Counted from the stretch's first letter, positions 8,573-18,645 are shown. The stretch: 64,000 nt of DNA from an uncultured Candidatus Saccharibacteria bacterium (GCA_964425625.1 CAYRMI010000001.1:866-64865); one strand, 5' to 3'. Numbers and translations are program-made. Notes: generated from the letters alone by a model not told the origin.

Positions 8573-10420
8573 CTATATACGAGTTACTTTCTGCTTATTT
8601 ACCAACTTTTGAAAAGTTGCAATATCTGCTGCGTGGGCACTCAAGGCCTCACTAAATGTTTCTGCTTTTGTTGTATCTATCTTTATTTGCTTGAATATAT
8701 TTATGACAGAATCAGATGATCCCGCTGTGAGAAAAGTGTCTATTTCTTTTCTATATGAGTTGTCGGCTTTGTAATTCCTGGCCATAATAGAGCTCATCAT
8801 ATGTCCAAATGTGTAGGAGTAGACATAAAAACCATAACGTAAGTGCGGGATATATACATACGAAGTTCCATCTTCTGGTTTTACTATTACACCCTCTCCA
8901 AGGTAAGAGCAAAGGTGCTTGTACATACAGCTTTTTAGTTCAGCATGAGTCATTGCGCCATTTTGGTGGATAGTTTCATGTATCTCTAGTTCACAATTGA
9001 AGAATGCGATTTGTCTCTGCATAGTGGCAATATCTCTGGTAATTCTGTCATGCAACAGAACAAGTTTTGTATCTACGTCAGTAGCAGAAGCAATAATAGC
9101 GTCAAAGACCAGGCTTTCAAATAACGTGCTGGCTGTTTCGGCCGTGACTATTGAATGTCCATCGTAAAGTGGGGTTTGTAAAGCTGATCTTCTAGCATGT
9201 ACGGCATGACCCATTTCGTGAGCTAAAGTTTCTAGCGCTTTCATGGTACTTGTATGGTTGAGCATTACTTGCACTGGATGACCAGTTTGGTCGGACATAA
9301 ATGCTCCACCACGTTTGCCAGGCTTTGGGTATACATCGATTTGGCCGTTGATCAGCATGTCATCAAAAATCTGTCCATAAATAGGGTTGACTTGATAGAA
9401 GACGTCGCGACAGATAGTTAGAGCTTCGGAGAAATTGATGACCGGCTCTTCCCCTATAGTGTCGTACTTTTGGGCATACTGTATGGCTGGAACATTGTGG
9501 TATGAAGCTTTTAATTTGTAAAACTTTCGGCTAAGTTTGAAGCCAGTATCACTTAATACCTTTACCAAGGATTCAATACTTTTTTCATCGTGTTGATAAG
9601 CAATAGCTGTGGCGCTGTATGGTTTTTTGTATTTGCGTAAATCATCTTCCGTTCGTACATCAGTAATGATGGCATTAAACTCATGTTCAGCCGGAATACC
9701 AAATTCGTCCATTTTTTTTATAATAATTGACCACAGCTTTGGCTTTTCTGTACTTTTTAGAGTCTCGATGGTCTCGAGTGCTTCAGGTAAAGCAATTTTC
9801 TTTCCTTTCCAAGTAATTGAACTGGTGCTAGTGAGCTTGTCGGTCATTTGTTGCCACAAACCAGAGGCTTGTAAGGCTTTTAAGCGAATAATTTTTTCTT
9901 CCGCTTCAGAGAGGTCATGCTTAGCACTGGAGAATATTTGCTGTAGGAAATAGCGAAAATGAGCTAGTTTTGGGTCTTTTAAAAACTCCTTTTGTTTAGA
10001 CGTACTAATTTTTCCTAACTCAAGCGTAAAGAAAAGAATTCCATCTGAGGCGGGGCGGAGTCTTTTGCGTAACAAGGAGAGTGACTTTTCAGCCTTGTCG
10101 TCATTAGCATCTAATTCACTACGTAAAGAAAAATAGCGTCCGGGACGACTTAATTTTGGATCTCCGACTAGTTTCTCATACTCGGTTAAGGCTACAACTA
10201 AAAGTGCACTGTCAAAGATGAAAGGTTTTGTTCGCCAACGCTTAGCAAATTTTTGGTAGGCTAAAATAGTGTATTTGATATCTTCCTCTAGTCTAGGGTC
10301 TGCATCACTGGTATAGTACAAACTTTCCATGTCCCATTCAGTTTTAAAATCTTTAAGCTCTGGTAGATTAGTGCTTGGGGTATAAGAAAGTCCTGGTTTT
10401 ATTTGCTTGTTTTTTTTCAT
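8573..10420 (-). CDS. pepF: oligoendopeptidase F (M3B family zinc metallopeptidase)
   Basis: 615 aa; HEXXH zinc site in an M3 context (LAHEMGHAVH ... E further downstream); length typical for PepF. Confidence 0.75.
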   Translation of the reverse strand: MKKNKQIKPGLSYTPSTNLPELKDFKTEWDMESLYYTSDADPRLEEDIKYTILAYQKFAKRWRTKPFIFDSALLVVALTEYEKLVGDPKLSRPGRYFSLRSELDANDDKAEKSLSLLRKRLRPASDGILFFTLELGKISTSKQKEFLKDPKLAHFRYFLQQIFSSAKHDLSEAEEKIIRLKALQASGLWQQMTDKLTSTSSITWKGKKIALPEALETIETLKSTEKPKLWSIIIKKMDEFGIPAEHEFNAIITDVRTEDDLRKYKKPYSATAIAYQHDEKSIESLVKVLSDTGFKLSRKFYKLKASYHNVPAIQYAQKYDTIGEEPVINFSEALTICRDVFYQVNPIYGQIFDDMLINGQIDVYPKPGKRGGAFMSDQTGHPVQVMLNHTSTMKALETLAHEMGHAVHARRSALQTPLYDGHSIVTAETASTLFESLVFDAIIASATDVDTKLVLLHDRITRDIATMQRQIAFFNCELEIHETIHQNGAMTHAELKSCMYKHLCSYLGEGVIVKPEDGTSYVYIPHLRYGFYVYSYTFGHMMSSIMARNYKADNSYRKEIDTFLTAGSSDSVINIFKQIKIDTTKAETFSEALSAHAADIATFQKLVNKQKVTRI

Positions 10421-10444
10421 GCTGATGATTAGTTTGACAGACGG

Positions 10445-11044
10445 CTAATTGTATTTGTTTTCAGTGGCTTCTTCAGCCACCTGTAAGAAACTACGATACT
10501 CATCAAACACGTGGTTGAATTCCGCTAAAATGGGGCCCTCGAGCCGGTTGTTAATTATGTTGGCAACTTCTTGATAGGCTTCCAATCGTTCAGAAAAATT
10601 ACTACCGAAATCTTGAGCAAATCTTTCAGGGGCATCGTAGTAATCTTCGACAATTGTTCTAAAGTTATGAATCTTGTCGGCCGCCGCTATCAACACAGCT
10701 TCTGTCGGACCTTTTTTAAGTTGTTTACTATAGATCGATTTCTTTTCACGCCAGGTTAGCCTTTTTTCATTGGTACTGACTGGCTCTGTGACAGCTTCAA
10801 TAAATTCACGCACTCTACCACCGAAATCCTCTTGGATTTCATCTAGTGTATAGTCAGTGTCTTCAACTGTATCATGAAGCAAACCGGCAATAACCACGTC
10901 TTCATCATCGGTGTAATCAAGTAAAGTAAAGGCCGTAGCCACTAGGTGTGTAATATAAGGGAAAGGCATCGATCCCTTCCTAAGCTGATCTTTATGAAGC
11001 ACAGCAGCAGCGCGTATTGCCTGTTCAACTCGATATGAGTACAT
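10445..11044 (-). CDS. HD-domain (p)ppGpp hydrolase-like protein (stand-alone RelA/SpoT-type hydrolase domain)
   Basis: 199 aa; HD motif ...THLVATA... LLHDTVEDT typical of the SpoT/RelA hydrolase domain; no synthetase domain present. Confidence 0.6.
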   Translation of the reverse strand: MYSYRVEQAIRAAAVLHKDQLRKGSMPFPYITHLVATAFTLLDYTDDEDVVIAGLLHDTVEDTDYTLDEIQEDFGGRVREFIEAVTEPVSTNEKRLTWREKKSIYSKQLKKGPTEAVLIAAADKIHNFRTIVEDYYDAPERFAQDFGSNFSERLEAYQEVANIINNRLEGPILAEFNHVFDEYRSFLQVAEEATENKYN

Positions 11045-11134
11045 ATGTAACTAGTGTAGCACCTAGAACCTTGTCAGCAAATGCCAATGGCGTTGAGTCT
11101 AAAGTATATCTAAAGATTAGTCATCAGAATAACC

Positions 11135-11434
11135 TTAGTTAGCCTTGATTGCCTTATTACCATCGGAACATATTGGTCCCACAAAATAAGCATGGGTATT
11201 ACGTTCATCTCTTGGAATGTATGTCCAGAGGTTGTCACTCTGGCATTTATATTTAGTGCAAGCCTTTACAATTTTGTCACCACTCGGCACAACTCCGCAT
11301 GTACTCATCGTCTTCATCACTGTAAAGAAATATATTATAGATATAACTATAATAGTTAAAACGAAAGTAATTATTAAGAAAATTTTTGAATGAAAAATCT
11401 TTGACATATAACCAAGCTTACCATAATTCCTCAA
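11135..11434 (-). CDS. hypothetical small Cys-rich membrane-anchored protein
   Basis: 99-aa ORF, N-terminal TM helix, six cysteines in the C-terminal half. Confidence 0.3.
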   Translation of the reverse strand: MRNYGKLGYMSKIFHSKIFLIITFVLTIIVISIIYFFTVMKTMSTCGVVPSGDKIVKACTKYKCQSDNLWTYIPRDERNTHAYFVGPICSDGNKAIKAN

Positions 11435-11460
11435 TGTAATATCTTAGTATTTAGTTTTAT

Positions 11461-11754
11461 TTATCTTTTATCACATATAATCCAGCCTTCTTTAGTCAAA
11501 ATTTTAAGTTTAGTTAGTTCTCCGCCACGGTTGTATCCACCAACTTTACCATCGCTTCTAATTACTCGATGACAAGGTATGGCAGGATTATAATTTTTTC
11601 TCATTATAGTTGCCACGGTTCGGAAAGCCTTTTCGTTTCCAGCCAATCTAGCCACTTCTTTATATGTCATCACTTGTCCTTTGGGAATTTTGGCAACTAT
11701 CGCTTTCACCTGGTCACTAAATTTAGCGCTGATATTTTCATTATTTGTTGGCAT
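11461..11754 (-). CDS. methylated-DNA-[protein]-cysteine S-methyltransferase family protein (MGMT/Ogt DNA-binding domain)
   Basis: Active-site motif PCHRVI plus HTH of the MGMT family. The ORF-track start (11838) would overlap the upstream gene by about 100 nt, so an internal Met (MPTNNEN..., 11754) is the more plausible start. Confidence 0.65.
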   Translation of the reverse strand: MPTNNENISAKFSDQVKAIVAKIPKGQVMTYKEVARLAGNEKAFRTVATIMRKNYNPAIPCHRVIRSDGKVGGYNRGGELTKLKILTKEGWIICDKR

Positions 11755-12526
11755 GATAGATGGCTTGAAGTTTTTTTCCGCAAGCTTCACGATAAGGACA
11801 AAATTCGCACTGCTCTCCAATACCCGGTAAGGTGTCATTATTCAAACAATCTTTGATTTTGTGCAGCGTTGGCAAAATCCAACTAGTATCAGTTTTGACT
11901 GTGACTAAAGTTGTTTCAAAAATAAGTTTGTCATCGAAAGCATCGAGGTCTTTGCTAGCGTTGGCATAGACTAAGTACCCGGTCTCTTCCACCGTGAAGC
12001 CTATCATCTCTAGAAGCCAACGATACACTCCGAGCTGTCTCGTGTATTGCTGATCCCATGGGCTGTCACTGAGTTCGGTAATAGAGCCATCTTTAGAAGT
12101 AGCTTTGTAATCGACGATGATTAGCTTATTCTCCGGGGTGACCCAAATATCATCAACACCACCAGAAATTACTAAGTTAGTTTCGGTCTCCTTATACTCA
12201 ATACCTATGAACGGATCTCGCCAACTAGTCATTCGCTTGTCAGCCAAAGGAACGGCATCTATCTTGTATTTAGTCATAATCGGATGCGGGGTAGCATTTT
12301 GCCGATGGATATCAAATTCCTTCTTGAACAATTCATCAACTGCAATATTTAAATTGAATGATGGAAATGAAGGTCGTTTTGTTCCTAGTTTGTTATCAAG
12401 GTAAAAGCAACGTGGACACTCGAGAAAAAAATCAATTTTTGAGCGAGAAAGGCGCCATTTGGATCCACCGTAGTTCCATTCAGCACTACGGTTAGGATTG
12501 TATTTTTTAAATTCTGCCATAATCAA
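11741..12526 (-). CDS. PD-(D/E)xK nuclease, Cas4/RecB-like with Fe-S cysteine cluster
   Basis: 261 aa; N-terminal CxxC-like cysteine (ECPRCF), PD-(D/E)xK core (GGVDDI ... IVDYK), C-terminal C-x2-C-x5-C (CEFCPYREAC). No CRISPR array or other cas genes in the window. Confidence 0.6.
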   Translation of the reverse strand: MIMAEFKKYNPNRSAEWNYGGSKWRLSRSKIDFFLECPRCFYLDNKLGTKRPSFPSFNLNIAVDELFKKEFDIHRQNATPHPIMTKYKIDAVPLADKRMTSWRDPFIGIEYKETETNLVISGGVDDIWVTPENKLIIVDYKATSKDGSITELSDSPWDQQYTRQLGVYRWLLEMIGFTVEETGYLVYANASKDLDAFDDKLIFETTLVTVKTDTSWILPTLHKIKDCLNNDTLPGIGEQCEFCPYREACGKKLQAIYHANK

Positions 12527-12550
12527 GTAATTATAACATTAAGTCTATCC

Positions 12551-12590
12551 CTAAAAGAAGAAATGCCCCGGCCAAAGGCTGGGGCATTTC
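12551..12590 (-). terminator. intrinsic terminator downstream of 12609..13214
   Basis: GAAATGCCCC-(11-nt loop)-GGGGCATTTC, a perfect 10-bp stem followed by a U-run on the minus strand. Confidence 0.6.
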
Positions 12591-12608
12591 TCTAAACAAT
12601 CTACGGTC

Positions 12609-13214
12609 TTATTTTGCTGTGAAGGTAGAGAAGATAGTGTCAATCTGTACGTCTTCCGCCAAATTAAATTGCCGATCACCATTTTCTTGGTAAACAACTA
12701 TGGCATACTCTCGACCAGCGGTAGTTGGTCGCTGGAGAACAATGGCGTTTGGTACTAAACCTTGTTCTTCACTAAAGCGAACAACACCTAGTAAAGCACC
12801 AAGTTTCTCCCCTTCATAATCGCGAACACCAACCCAACCTTCGCTAACTGGATAAGTGGCTGAAGAAAGAGCGATAGATGCACTGGCTACTTGGTCAATC
12901 ACACTTATCTTGCCGGCTCCAACTGGTAGAACTGGCTTTGTGACTTCGGCCACTGGTTCTGATTCTTCTTTGTCCTGATCATCTACTTTCGTATCTTTAA
13001 CTTCTGTTACTTCTTCAGATTTACTATCGTCTGTCTTATCTTCTGGAGCCATCTCTTCAGATGGACCGGAAAATGCCCACACTAGCAGTCCACCGATAAG
13101 AAGTCCTACTACGAATGAAACTACTGTCTTCTGTCCCTCTTGTTTTTCTTCTGCCATATGCTTGTTTGAATTGCTGAATTGTTGTAATAGTTTTGATTTT
13201 ACCACAATGGCCAA
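12609..13214 (-). CDS. hypothetical membrane-anchored protein with acidic low-complexity region
   Basis: 201 aa; TM helix near the N-terminus, then a D/E/K-rich segment and a conserved-looking C-terminal domain. Confidence 0.4.
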   Translation of the reverse strand: MAIVVKSKLLQQFSNSNKHMAEEKQEGQKTVVSFVVGLLIGGLLVWAFSGPSEEMAPEDKTDDSKSEEVTEVKDTKVDDQDKEESEPVAEVTKPVLPVGAGKISVIDQVASASIALSSATYPVSEGWVGVRDYEGEKLGALLGVVRFSEEQGLVPNAIVLQRPTTAGREYAIVVYQENGDRQFNLAEDVQIDTIFSTFTAK

Positions 13215-13233
13215 GCTGGTATCTATTGACAGA

Positions 13234-14085
13234 TTAGTGATTATGCGCGGTTATATTGCCGGCTATAATAGCCTCGGCTTCAGCAATGATACTTTCTTGC
13301 TTCCTTTGCGATATATGTAAATACCTAAGGACATACTTATTTTCAACCAAATCATGGCAGACGATGATACCTCGTTCAATCAAAATCGTGGTTTGACTAG
13401 GTGTTAAGTTTTGCAAAACAGTGATTGGATACAGTCGATAGCGTTGTAAGCGGTCATAAAGGTTGTCGTGTTTTGGATAATCCCAACTGAGTAGGTTTAC
13501 CCCGACACATTTACTATAACGCAAGGCTGCTGAGGTGAACTTCGTATTGGTGATAAGCCAGAACTCCTTTATGGAGCATAGATCGTCTTTACAGATACGA
13601 TTATTACGAAGGTCCAGTAGTCGGGCGTAGGAATACATGGCAACTTGGAGGTCAGTTTTTATGCCCGGACGAGCATGAAATTTGGCTTCACCGACAAAAC
13701 TATGGGTTGTGTTGTAGGCAGCTACATCGATTTCATGTTCGGCACAATGTCCAGGAATAATAATACCTGTCTCGACTTTGTAGCCTTCAGCTGTAAATAA
13801 CCTACCGAGTAGTAGCTCAAAAGGAAAACCAGTCGGTCCAATACCAAACAAGGCTCGCCTCAGCGAGTACCGAGCAGCGGTTGGTAGTTCACGCTCACGG
13901 AGTAAGGTAAAGGCTCGTCGGTAAATTTCCTGGGTAGTCATGCCATCATAGAGCTCTGTCTGGATCTGCATTACTACCTCGTTTACTTCAATTGGTGATG
14001 CCCCAGCTCGTCGCAAAGAACGGCGTAGTTTTTCAATTTTGAAATATTCAGTGCTACCATCGGCCTTAGTTACTTGAACATGCAT
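13234..14085 (-). CDS. ATP-cone domain fused to a restriction-endonuclease-like (Mrr-type PD-(D/E)xK) domain
   Basis: N-terminal ATP-cone (VQVTKADGSTEYFKIEKLRRSLRRAG...EVNEVVMQIQ); C-terminal REase-like core (GFPFELLLGRLFTAEGYKV...EIDV...VGEAKF). The start was moved to the internal Met (MHVQV) to avoid a 28-nt overlap with mnmA. Confidence 0.5.
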   Translation of the reverse strand: MHVQVTKADGSTEYFKIEKLRRSLRRAGASPIEVNEVVMQIQTELYDGMTTQEIYRRAFTLLRERELPTAARYSLRRALFGIGPTGFPFELLLGRLFTAEGYKVETGIIIPGHCAEHEIDVAAYNTTHSFVGEAKFHARPGIKTDLQVAMYSYARLLDLRNNRICKDDLCSIKEFWLITNTKFTSAALRYSKCVGVNLLSWDYPKHDNLYDRLQRYRLYPITVLQNLTPSQTTILIERGIIVCHDLVENKYVLRYLHISQRKQESIIAEAEAIIAGNITAHNH

Positions 14086-15146
14086 CAAACTATAATACCA
14101 CCACCAAGGCATTCACTACCGCTATATAATACACATGACTGACCGATGGCGACGGCTTCAGTTTCGCCGATTACTTTAAGTTCGAGCTTCTGCTCACTTT
14201 GATTTTCTATTTGCACTTTAAACGGAGTCTGTCGGTAACGAGATTGTACTTCAATAGGTTCACTATTTTGGATTTCTCGCCGTAAAATTATTTTATCCAA
14301 TTTAATTAGAGCATTTGAAGGATTGGTCGGCTTTCTGGTGCTAACAACGACAATATTTTTTTCAATATCCTTGCTAATTACGTAATACGGCAAACGGTCT
14401 TCTACCTGAGTATTAATAGATAGCCCATGACGTTGTCCGACGGTATAGATAAGGGCGCCCTGGTGAGAACCAATTTTGTTACCTATCTCGTCTATTACTG
14501 CACCTGATTCTAGCGTTACGTAATGAGAAAGAAATTCCTTTATATCGATGTGTCCGAGAAAGCAGACACCTTGACTATCTTTCTTTAGAGCGGTCGGAAT
14601 TTTTGCTTCCGCTGCTTCAGCCCTGATAGTATGCTTGATAGTGTCACCGATCGGTAGCAGTGTGTAACTAAGTTGCTCGGGAGTTAGGGTCCATAAAAAG
14701 TAACTTTGATCTTTACCTGGATCTATACCTCGATGTAGCGCTGCTATTCCTTGATTTTCAATCCGACGGGCGTAATGTCCGGTCGCAATATAGTCTGCTC
14801 CATGAGCTTTAGAAAACTTCATAAACGCCCCGAATTTGACGTGTTTATTACACATAACATCAGGATTAGGGGTTCGACCAGCTAAGTATTCAGAAATAAA
14901 ATACTGAGCCACGTCATCTCGGTATTCTTTTTCTGCGTCACAGGTCAGAAACGGAATATTCAAATGAGCTGCTACCCGCATAGCATCAAGTCGTTCAGCT
15001 TCCCAATTACACTGTAGCCAATCAGGATGCCAAACCTTGATAAACACTCCAGTTACATCAAAACCACGCTGCCTAAGGCGTAAAGCAGCCACGGATGAGT
15101 CTACCCCACCGGATAGACCGACGAAGACTTTTGGTGCGGATTTCAC
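14085..15146 (-). CDS. mnmA: tRNA-specific 2-thiouridylase MnmA
   Basis: 353 aa; PP-loop SGGVDSSV, catalytic cysteines, conserved MnmA blocks (DVMCNKHVKFGAF, GHYAR). Confidence 0.85.
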   Translation of the reverse strand: MKSAPKVFVGLSGGVDSSVAALRLRQRGFDVTGVFIKVWHPDWLQCNWEAERLDAMRVAAHLNIPFLTCDAEKEYRDDVAQYFISEYLAGRTPNPDVMCNKHVKFGAFMKFSKAHGADYIATGHYARRIENQGIAALHRGIDPGKDQSYFLWTLTPEQLSYTLLPIGDTIKHTIRAEAAEAKIPTALKKDSQGVCFLGHIDIKEFLSHYVTLESGAVIDEIGNKIGSHQGALIYTVGQRHGLSINTQVEDRLPYYVISKDIEKNIVVVSTRKPTNPSNALIKLDKIILRREIQNSEPIEVQSRYRQTPFKVQIENQSEQKLELKVIGETEAVAIGQSCVLYSGSECLGGGIIV

Positions 15147-15172
15147 TTCTTTAGGCTAACAAGCGGTTGACA

Positions 15173-16195
15173 TTAACGCAAGTACCTGGCGATATTTAAT
15201 CGGTGTTCGTCAAAGGTCTCGGCATAATAAAAATTTCCGTCATTGCCTGTTATATAAAATAGATATGATGATATTTCTGGATCTAGTACTGCTTTGATCG
15301 CTTCAAGACCAGGGTTGCCAATTGCTGTCGGCGGTAGACCAGCATTTTTATACGTGTTGTAAGGAGAGTCTTGCTCTAAGTCTTCCGGAGAAAGTTCAGA
15401 CAAAGGCTTCTCTAGTACGTATTCTAATGAGGCATCGACCTGTAAGGCCATACCAATCTTCAAGCGAGTTTGTAAAATGCCAGAAACTAGGCGCATACTC
15501 TCGACCGTGTTGGCTTCCCTCTCTACGATAGAAGCAAGAATTAAAATCTCTTCTTCAGTCAGGGTGCTTTCAGTAATGGCAGTTTTTAAAGGGGTAATTT
15601 TTTCTTGATAAGTTTTAGTCAAAAGAGTAAATAAATCTTTGGCGGTGTATGACGCTGGAAGCAGATATGTATCTGGAAAAAGTTTCCCTTCAACTGGTTT
15701 AGCTAAGGCCATGAATGTAGCTGTATCAAAATTAATCAGAACGGCTTCGGCTCGCTTAGCAATTTGATCTGATCTTTCTCCTTCAATTAAGGTCAATTTA
15801 ACAAGATCATTAGCAAAATGCCCCCGCGTCAATTCGTTGGCTAATTGTTTAGCCGAAAGTGGTTTATCAAACCGGTAGGTTGTGGCTTTTATTGTGCTGG
15901 GGTTGTGCCACCATAAAATACTAAAGTACAAAGCTAGTTCAGAGCTAGCAAAACCCTTATCTTTCATCAGCTCCGCTACGGACTTGGCACTAGAACCTGT
16001 GGTCACTGTCACAGTTTCTCCGACGGGAAAATTAGTTGGTGGGGTCAGTAGTAAAAATTTAATTGAAAAGAAAATTGCCCCAAATGAGAGAACGCCAATT
16101 ACTAAAGTCAGAAATATAGATTTTATATAGCGCTTAGGAGTTTTTTGCTCATTTTCATCTTCCGTCCAGTCGTTAGTAATTTCCGGTAAAGACAT
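15173..16195 (-). CDS. mltG: endolytic murein transglycosylase MltG (YceG-like)
   Basis: 340 aa; N-terminal TM anchor, YceG-family C-terminal blocks (LASIVEREA, SPYNTY...GLPPTAIGNPG, FYYAET). Confidence 0.8.
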   Translation of the reverse strand: MSLPEITNDWTEDENEQKTPKRYIKSIFLTLVIGVLSFGAIFFSIKFLLLTPPTNFPVGETVTVTTGSSAKSVAELMKDKGFASSELALYFSILWWHNPSTIKATTYRFDKPLSAKQLANELTRGHFANDLVKLTLIEGERSDQIAKRAEAVLINFDTATFMALAKPVEGKLFPDTYLLPASYTAKDLFTLLTKTYQEKITPLKTAITESTLTEEEILILASIVEREANTVESMRLVSGILQTRLKIGMALQVDASLEYVLEKPLSELSPEDLEQDSPYNTYKNAGLPPTAIGNPGLEAIKAVLDPEISSYLFYITGNDGNFYYAETFDEHRLNIARYLR

Positions 16196-16200
16196 ATTGT

Positions 16201-17550
16201 TTAAATTCGCATGGCCGTGCCAGTTGGCAGATTGGACGGAGCTTCTTTTCTCGTTGACATAATACGTGGTAGACCAGGCGTCATCACTGAACTACCTGGG
16301 ATATGGAACATAGTGGCCAATTCCTCGACCGAGAAGACTTTTGGGGCATCAACAGAAGTGCCATTAACTTTATTTTTCAGATCGATGTTGTAGACGCGAT
16401 TTTTTTGGTCGGCTAGCTCACGCTTTTTCAGAGCCAATTTTCTTTTACCGGAACGGTCAGAGAGCCAGTTATAATCAAAATCAGTACGCCAACGAACACC
16501 AATACCGTTTCTACCAATCACATCATATTGAGCGAAAGACCGGATAGTGGGTGAAATGAAATCCCCATCAAACTTTCCCTTTTCCGTTATATACATCCAA
16601 CGAATTCCAACCTCATAAGCGTACTTACTGACATTGCGTTCGATCGCGGCGATTACATCTCTTTCTCCCATAGTGAGCATCGGGGCTCTTTCGTAAGCCT
16701 CTTCTGGATCAGCTGGCGCTCGCTGATCGCGCTTGAGCATTTCATTGATTTTTGCAGAAGCTTTTTTATCCCACGTGGGGCCTTCGTGTATATTACCATT
16801 CTTGAATGTCTTCTTCATATGAGGGACACAGAGAAATTGTACCCAGATTCGCTCATGCGGTTTGGCCTTTCCTAGTTGTTCCAGCATGGCAGCCATTGGT
16901 TCAAATTTTTCTTCCTCTTTAGGAATTTTATCAAGACCAAAATCAATGTAGGTCCGCACGGGAAATATTTCTTCTTCTTTTTTACCCATGTGAAAAGACA
17001 TGTATTCATACTTGTTTGGATCCCAAACAATCTCATCGGTATAGTCGTGTGGTTCTTCGGTTACTTCTATACCAGGATAATGCGCATAGAGCTGTGCTTC
17101 TACTGCGTTTTTTGTCTTCTTGGTCGGTACATTGACATAAAATCTTACTTCCCCGCCAGTTGAAACTAGTTCTAGGCTAAAAACCAATGGGTACTTTCCA
17201 TCTATCCATGACTGCATCAAGTTATCCGGTGAATTTACGTTATGAATTTGCGTCAGCACACCTTCCATAGCTTCCGGTGACTTGAAAACTTCCTGTGGTA
17301 GATGAATTCTAAGTGTTGTACGTCCTTGGTTAAGAGCGAACTTAAGTCGGACAAAGTAGAACCACTTTTCATAAAGAATGTAGAACAAGGTAAAAGGTAG
17401 CCAGATAGGAGTCAGTGCAATCATGATGGAGACTACAGGCTCGATGTTTACGTTCATCAGGCTGAGGAGCTTGTACATCATGAAGAAACCAGTTAAAACG
17501 AAAACTGGTCCCACTAGACCACCACCAATAAGTTTAACTAAATCACCCAT
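16201..17550 (-). CDS. hypothetical membrane protein
   Basis: 449 aa; two N-terminal TM helices then a large soluble domain; no assignable motif. Confidence 0.45.
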   Translation of the reverse strand: MGDLVKLIGGGLVGPVFVLTGFFMMYKLLSLMNVNIEPVVSIMIALTPIWLPFTLFYILYEKWFYFVRLKFALNQGRTTLRIHLPQEVFKSPEAMEGVLTQIHNVNSPDNLMQSWIDGKYPLVFSLELVSTGGEVRFYVNVPTKKTKNAVEAQLYAHYPGIEVTEEPHDYTDEIVWDPNKYEYMSFHMGKKEEEIFPVRTYIDFGLDKIPKEEEKFEPMAAMLEQLGKAKPHERIWVQFLCVPHMKKTFKNGNIHEGPTWDKKASAKINEMLKRDQRAPADPEEAYERAPMLTMGERDVIAAIERNVSKYAYEVGIRWMYITEKGKFDGDFISPTIRSFAQYDVIGRNGIGVRWRTDFDYNWLSDRSGKRKLALKKRELADQKNRVYNIDLKNKVNGTSVDAPKVFSVEELATMFHIPGSSVMTPGLPRIMSTRKEAPSNLPTGTAMRI

Positions 17551-17619
17551 GTGCTAACTATTGTACTACACAAAAACACAGAGGCACTGAGACCATCTGT
17601 GTTTTATGTGAGTACCGAA

Positions 17620-18645
17620 TTATTCGGTTAGTGTGTAGGCACCATTGCTGAGGCGGCGGAAGAGATTTTGGTCTTGCAGATTTACAATAATAGTATTGTC
17701 TTTCACGTAACGTTCCTTGCGTACTTTATCAATTATTTCCTCTCTTGAGAGGGGGCCTTCTTTGGCTAGAATTTCTCGCAAGACATCTTTTACTACCCCG
17801 GCTGTGTAACCCCATTCAGTTAGCGCATAGAGACCCCGACCGACCAGAACGAAACGTTGGTCTTTAATAAGTTCGTTATGAGTAGTAGCAACGTGAGCAT
17901 TGTGATTGAAAAGTTTATTGATAGCACCGGCAACTTCCTTAAAGTGCATTGGTGAACCATGACGTTTTACTGCTAAGTAAGCATAGTCTCGAACACCCTT
18001 TACTTTCACATTGGGACTATCGGCTGGACCCCAGTCACCTAGAGGATTTCTTCCAATTTGCTTAGAAATGAGCAGCCAACGCTTCAGTACACCTTCGTCA
18101 TATTTTTCAGCCAGTTCAAGTAATTCACCACGGAAACGATTTAGAATCTCTTGTTCACTAATAAGTTCGTCTCGATCAAGACTACGATGAACGTTGATTA
18201 GTGCTTTTTCTACTGAGTCAGCAATCTTTCTTTCAGTAAACCAACGGTGGTTGTATTGTGGATTTTCTTTACCACGATAGAAGGGATCTCCTACCACTAG
18301 CAAGAAGTAGAGGTGGTTACGTACAATTGGGTCTGTACTTACTTCGTCTAAAAATACATGTTCGGCAATCAGACCACCACCTAGTTGGTCGATCAATTTC
18401 TGCATCTCAATAAAAAGGTCATAGTTCTTTTTGTATTCCTCAGACTTCTGGATTGATTGGATACCGTAGTTTTCAATCTGACGAACACGCTCGCGGGTGA
18501 TACCGTAAGACTGTCCAATAGCTTCCAAGGTCGAACTCTCACCGTCGGGTCCTAGACCATAACGCTTGGTGAGCACGTCTCGTGCACGTTCAGGCAGTAC
18601 GCTAAGGAGCGATTTTGTTACTTGTTTTGGTTTAAATGTAATCAT
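17620..18645 (-). CDS. sigma-70 region-4-like HTH fused to a HARE-HTH-type domain (transcription-associated protein)
   Basis: 341 aa; N-terminus LPERARDVLTKRYGL...TLEAIGQSYGITRERVRQIE closely resembles sigma-70 region 4; the C-terminal approx 100 aa resembles HARE-HTH (RpoE-delta-like). Confidence 0.5.
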   Translation of the reverse strand: MITFKPKQVTKSLLSVLPERARDVLTKRYGLGPDGESSTLEAIGQSYGITRERVRQIENYGIQSIQKSEEYKKNYDLFIEMQKLIDQLGGGLIAEHVFLDEVSTDPIVRNHLYFLLVVGDPFYRGKENPQYNHRWFTERKIADSVEKALINVHRSLDRDELISEQEILNRFRGELLELAEKYDEGVLKRWLLISKQIGRNPLGDWGPADSPNVKVKGVRDYAYLAVKRHGSPMHFKEVAGAINKLFNHNAHVATTHNELIKDQRFVLVGRGLYALTEWGYTAGVVKDVLREILAKEGPLSREEIIDKVRKERYVKDNTIIVNLQDQNLFRRLSNGAYTLTE

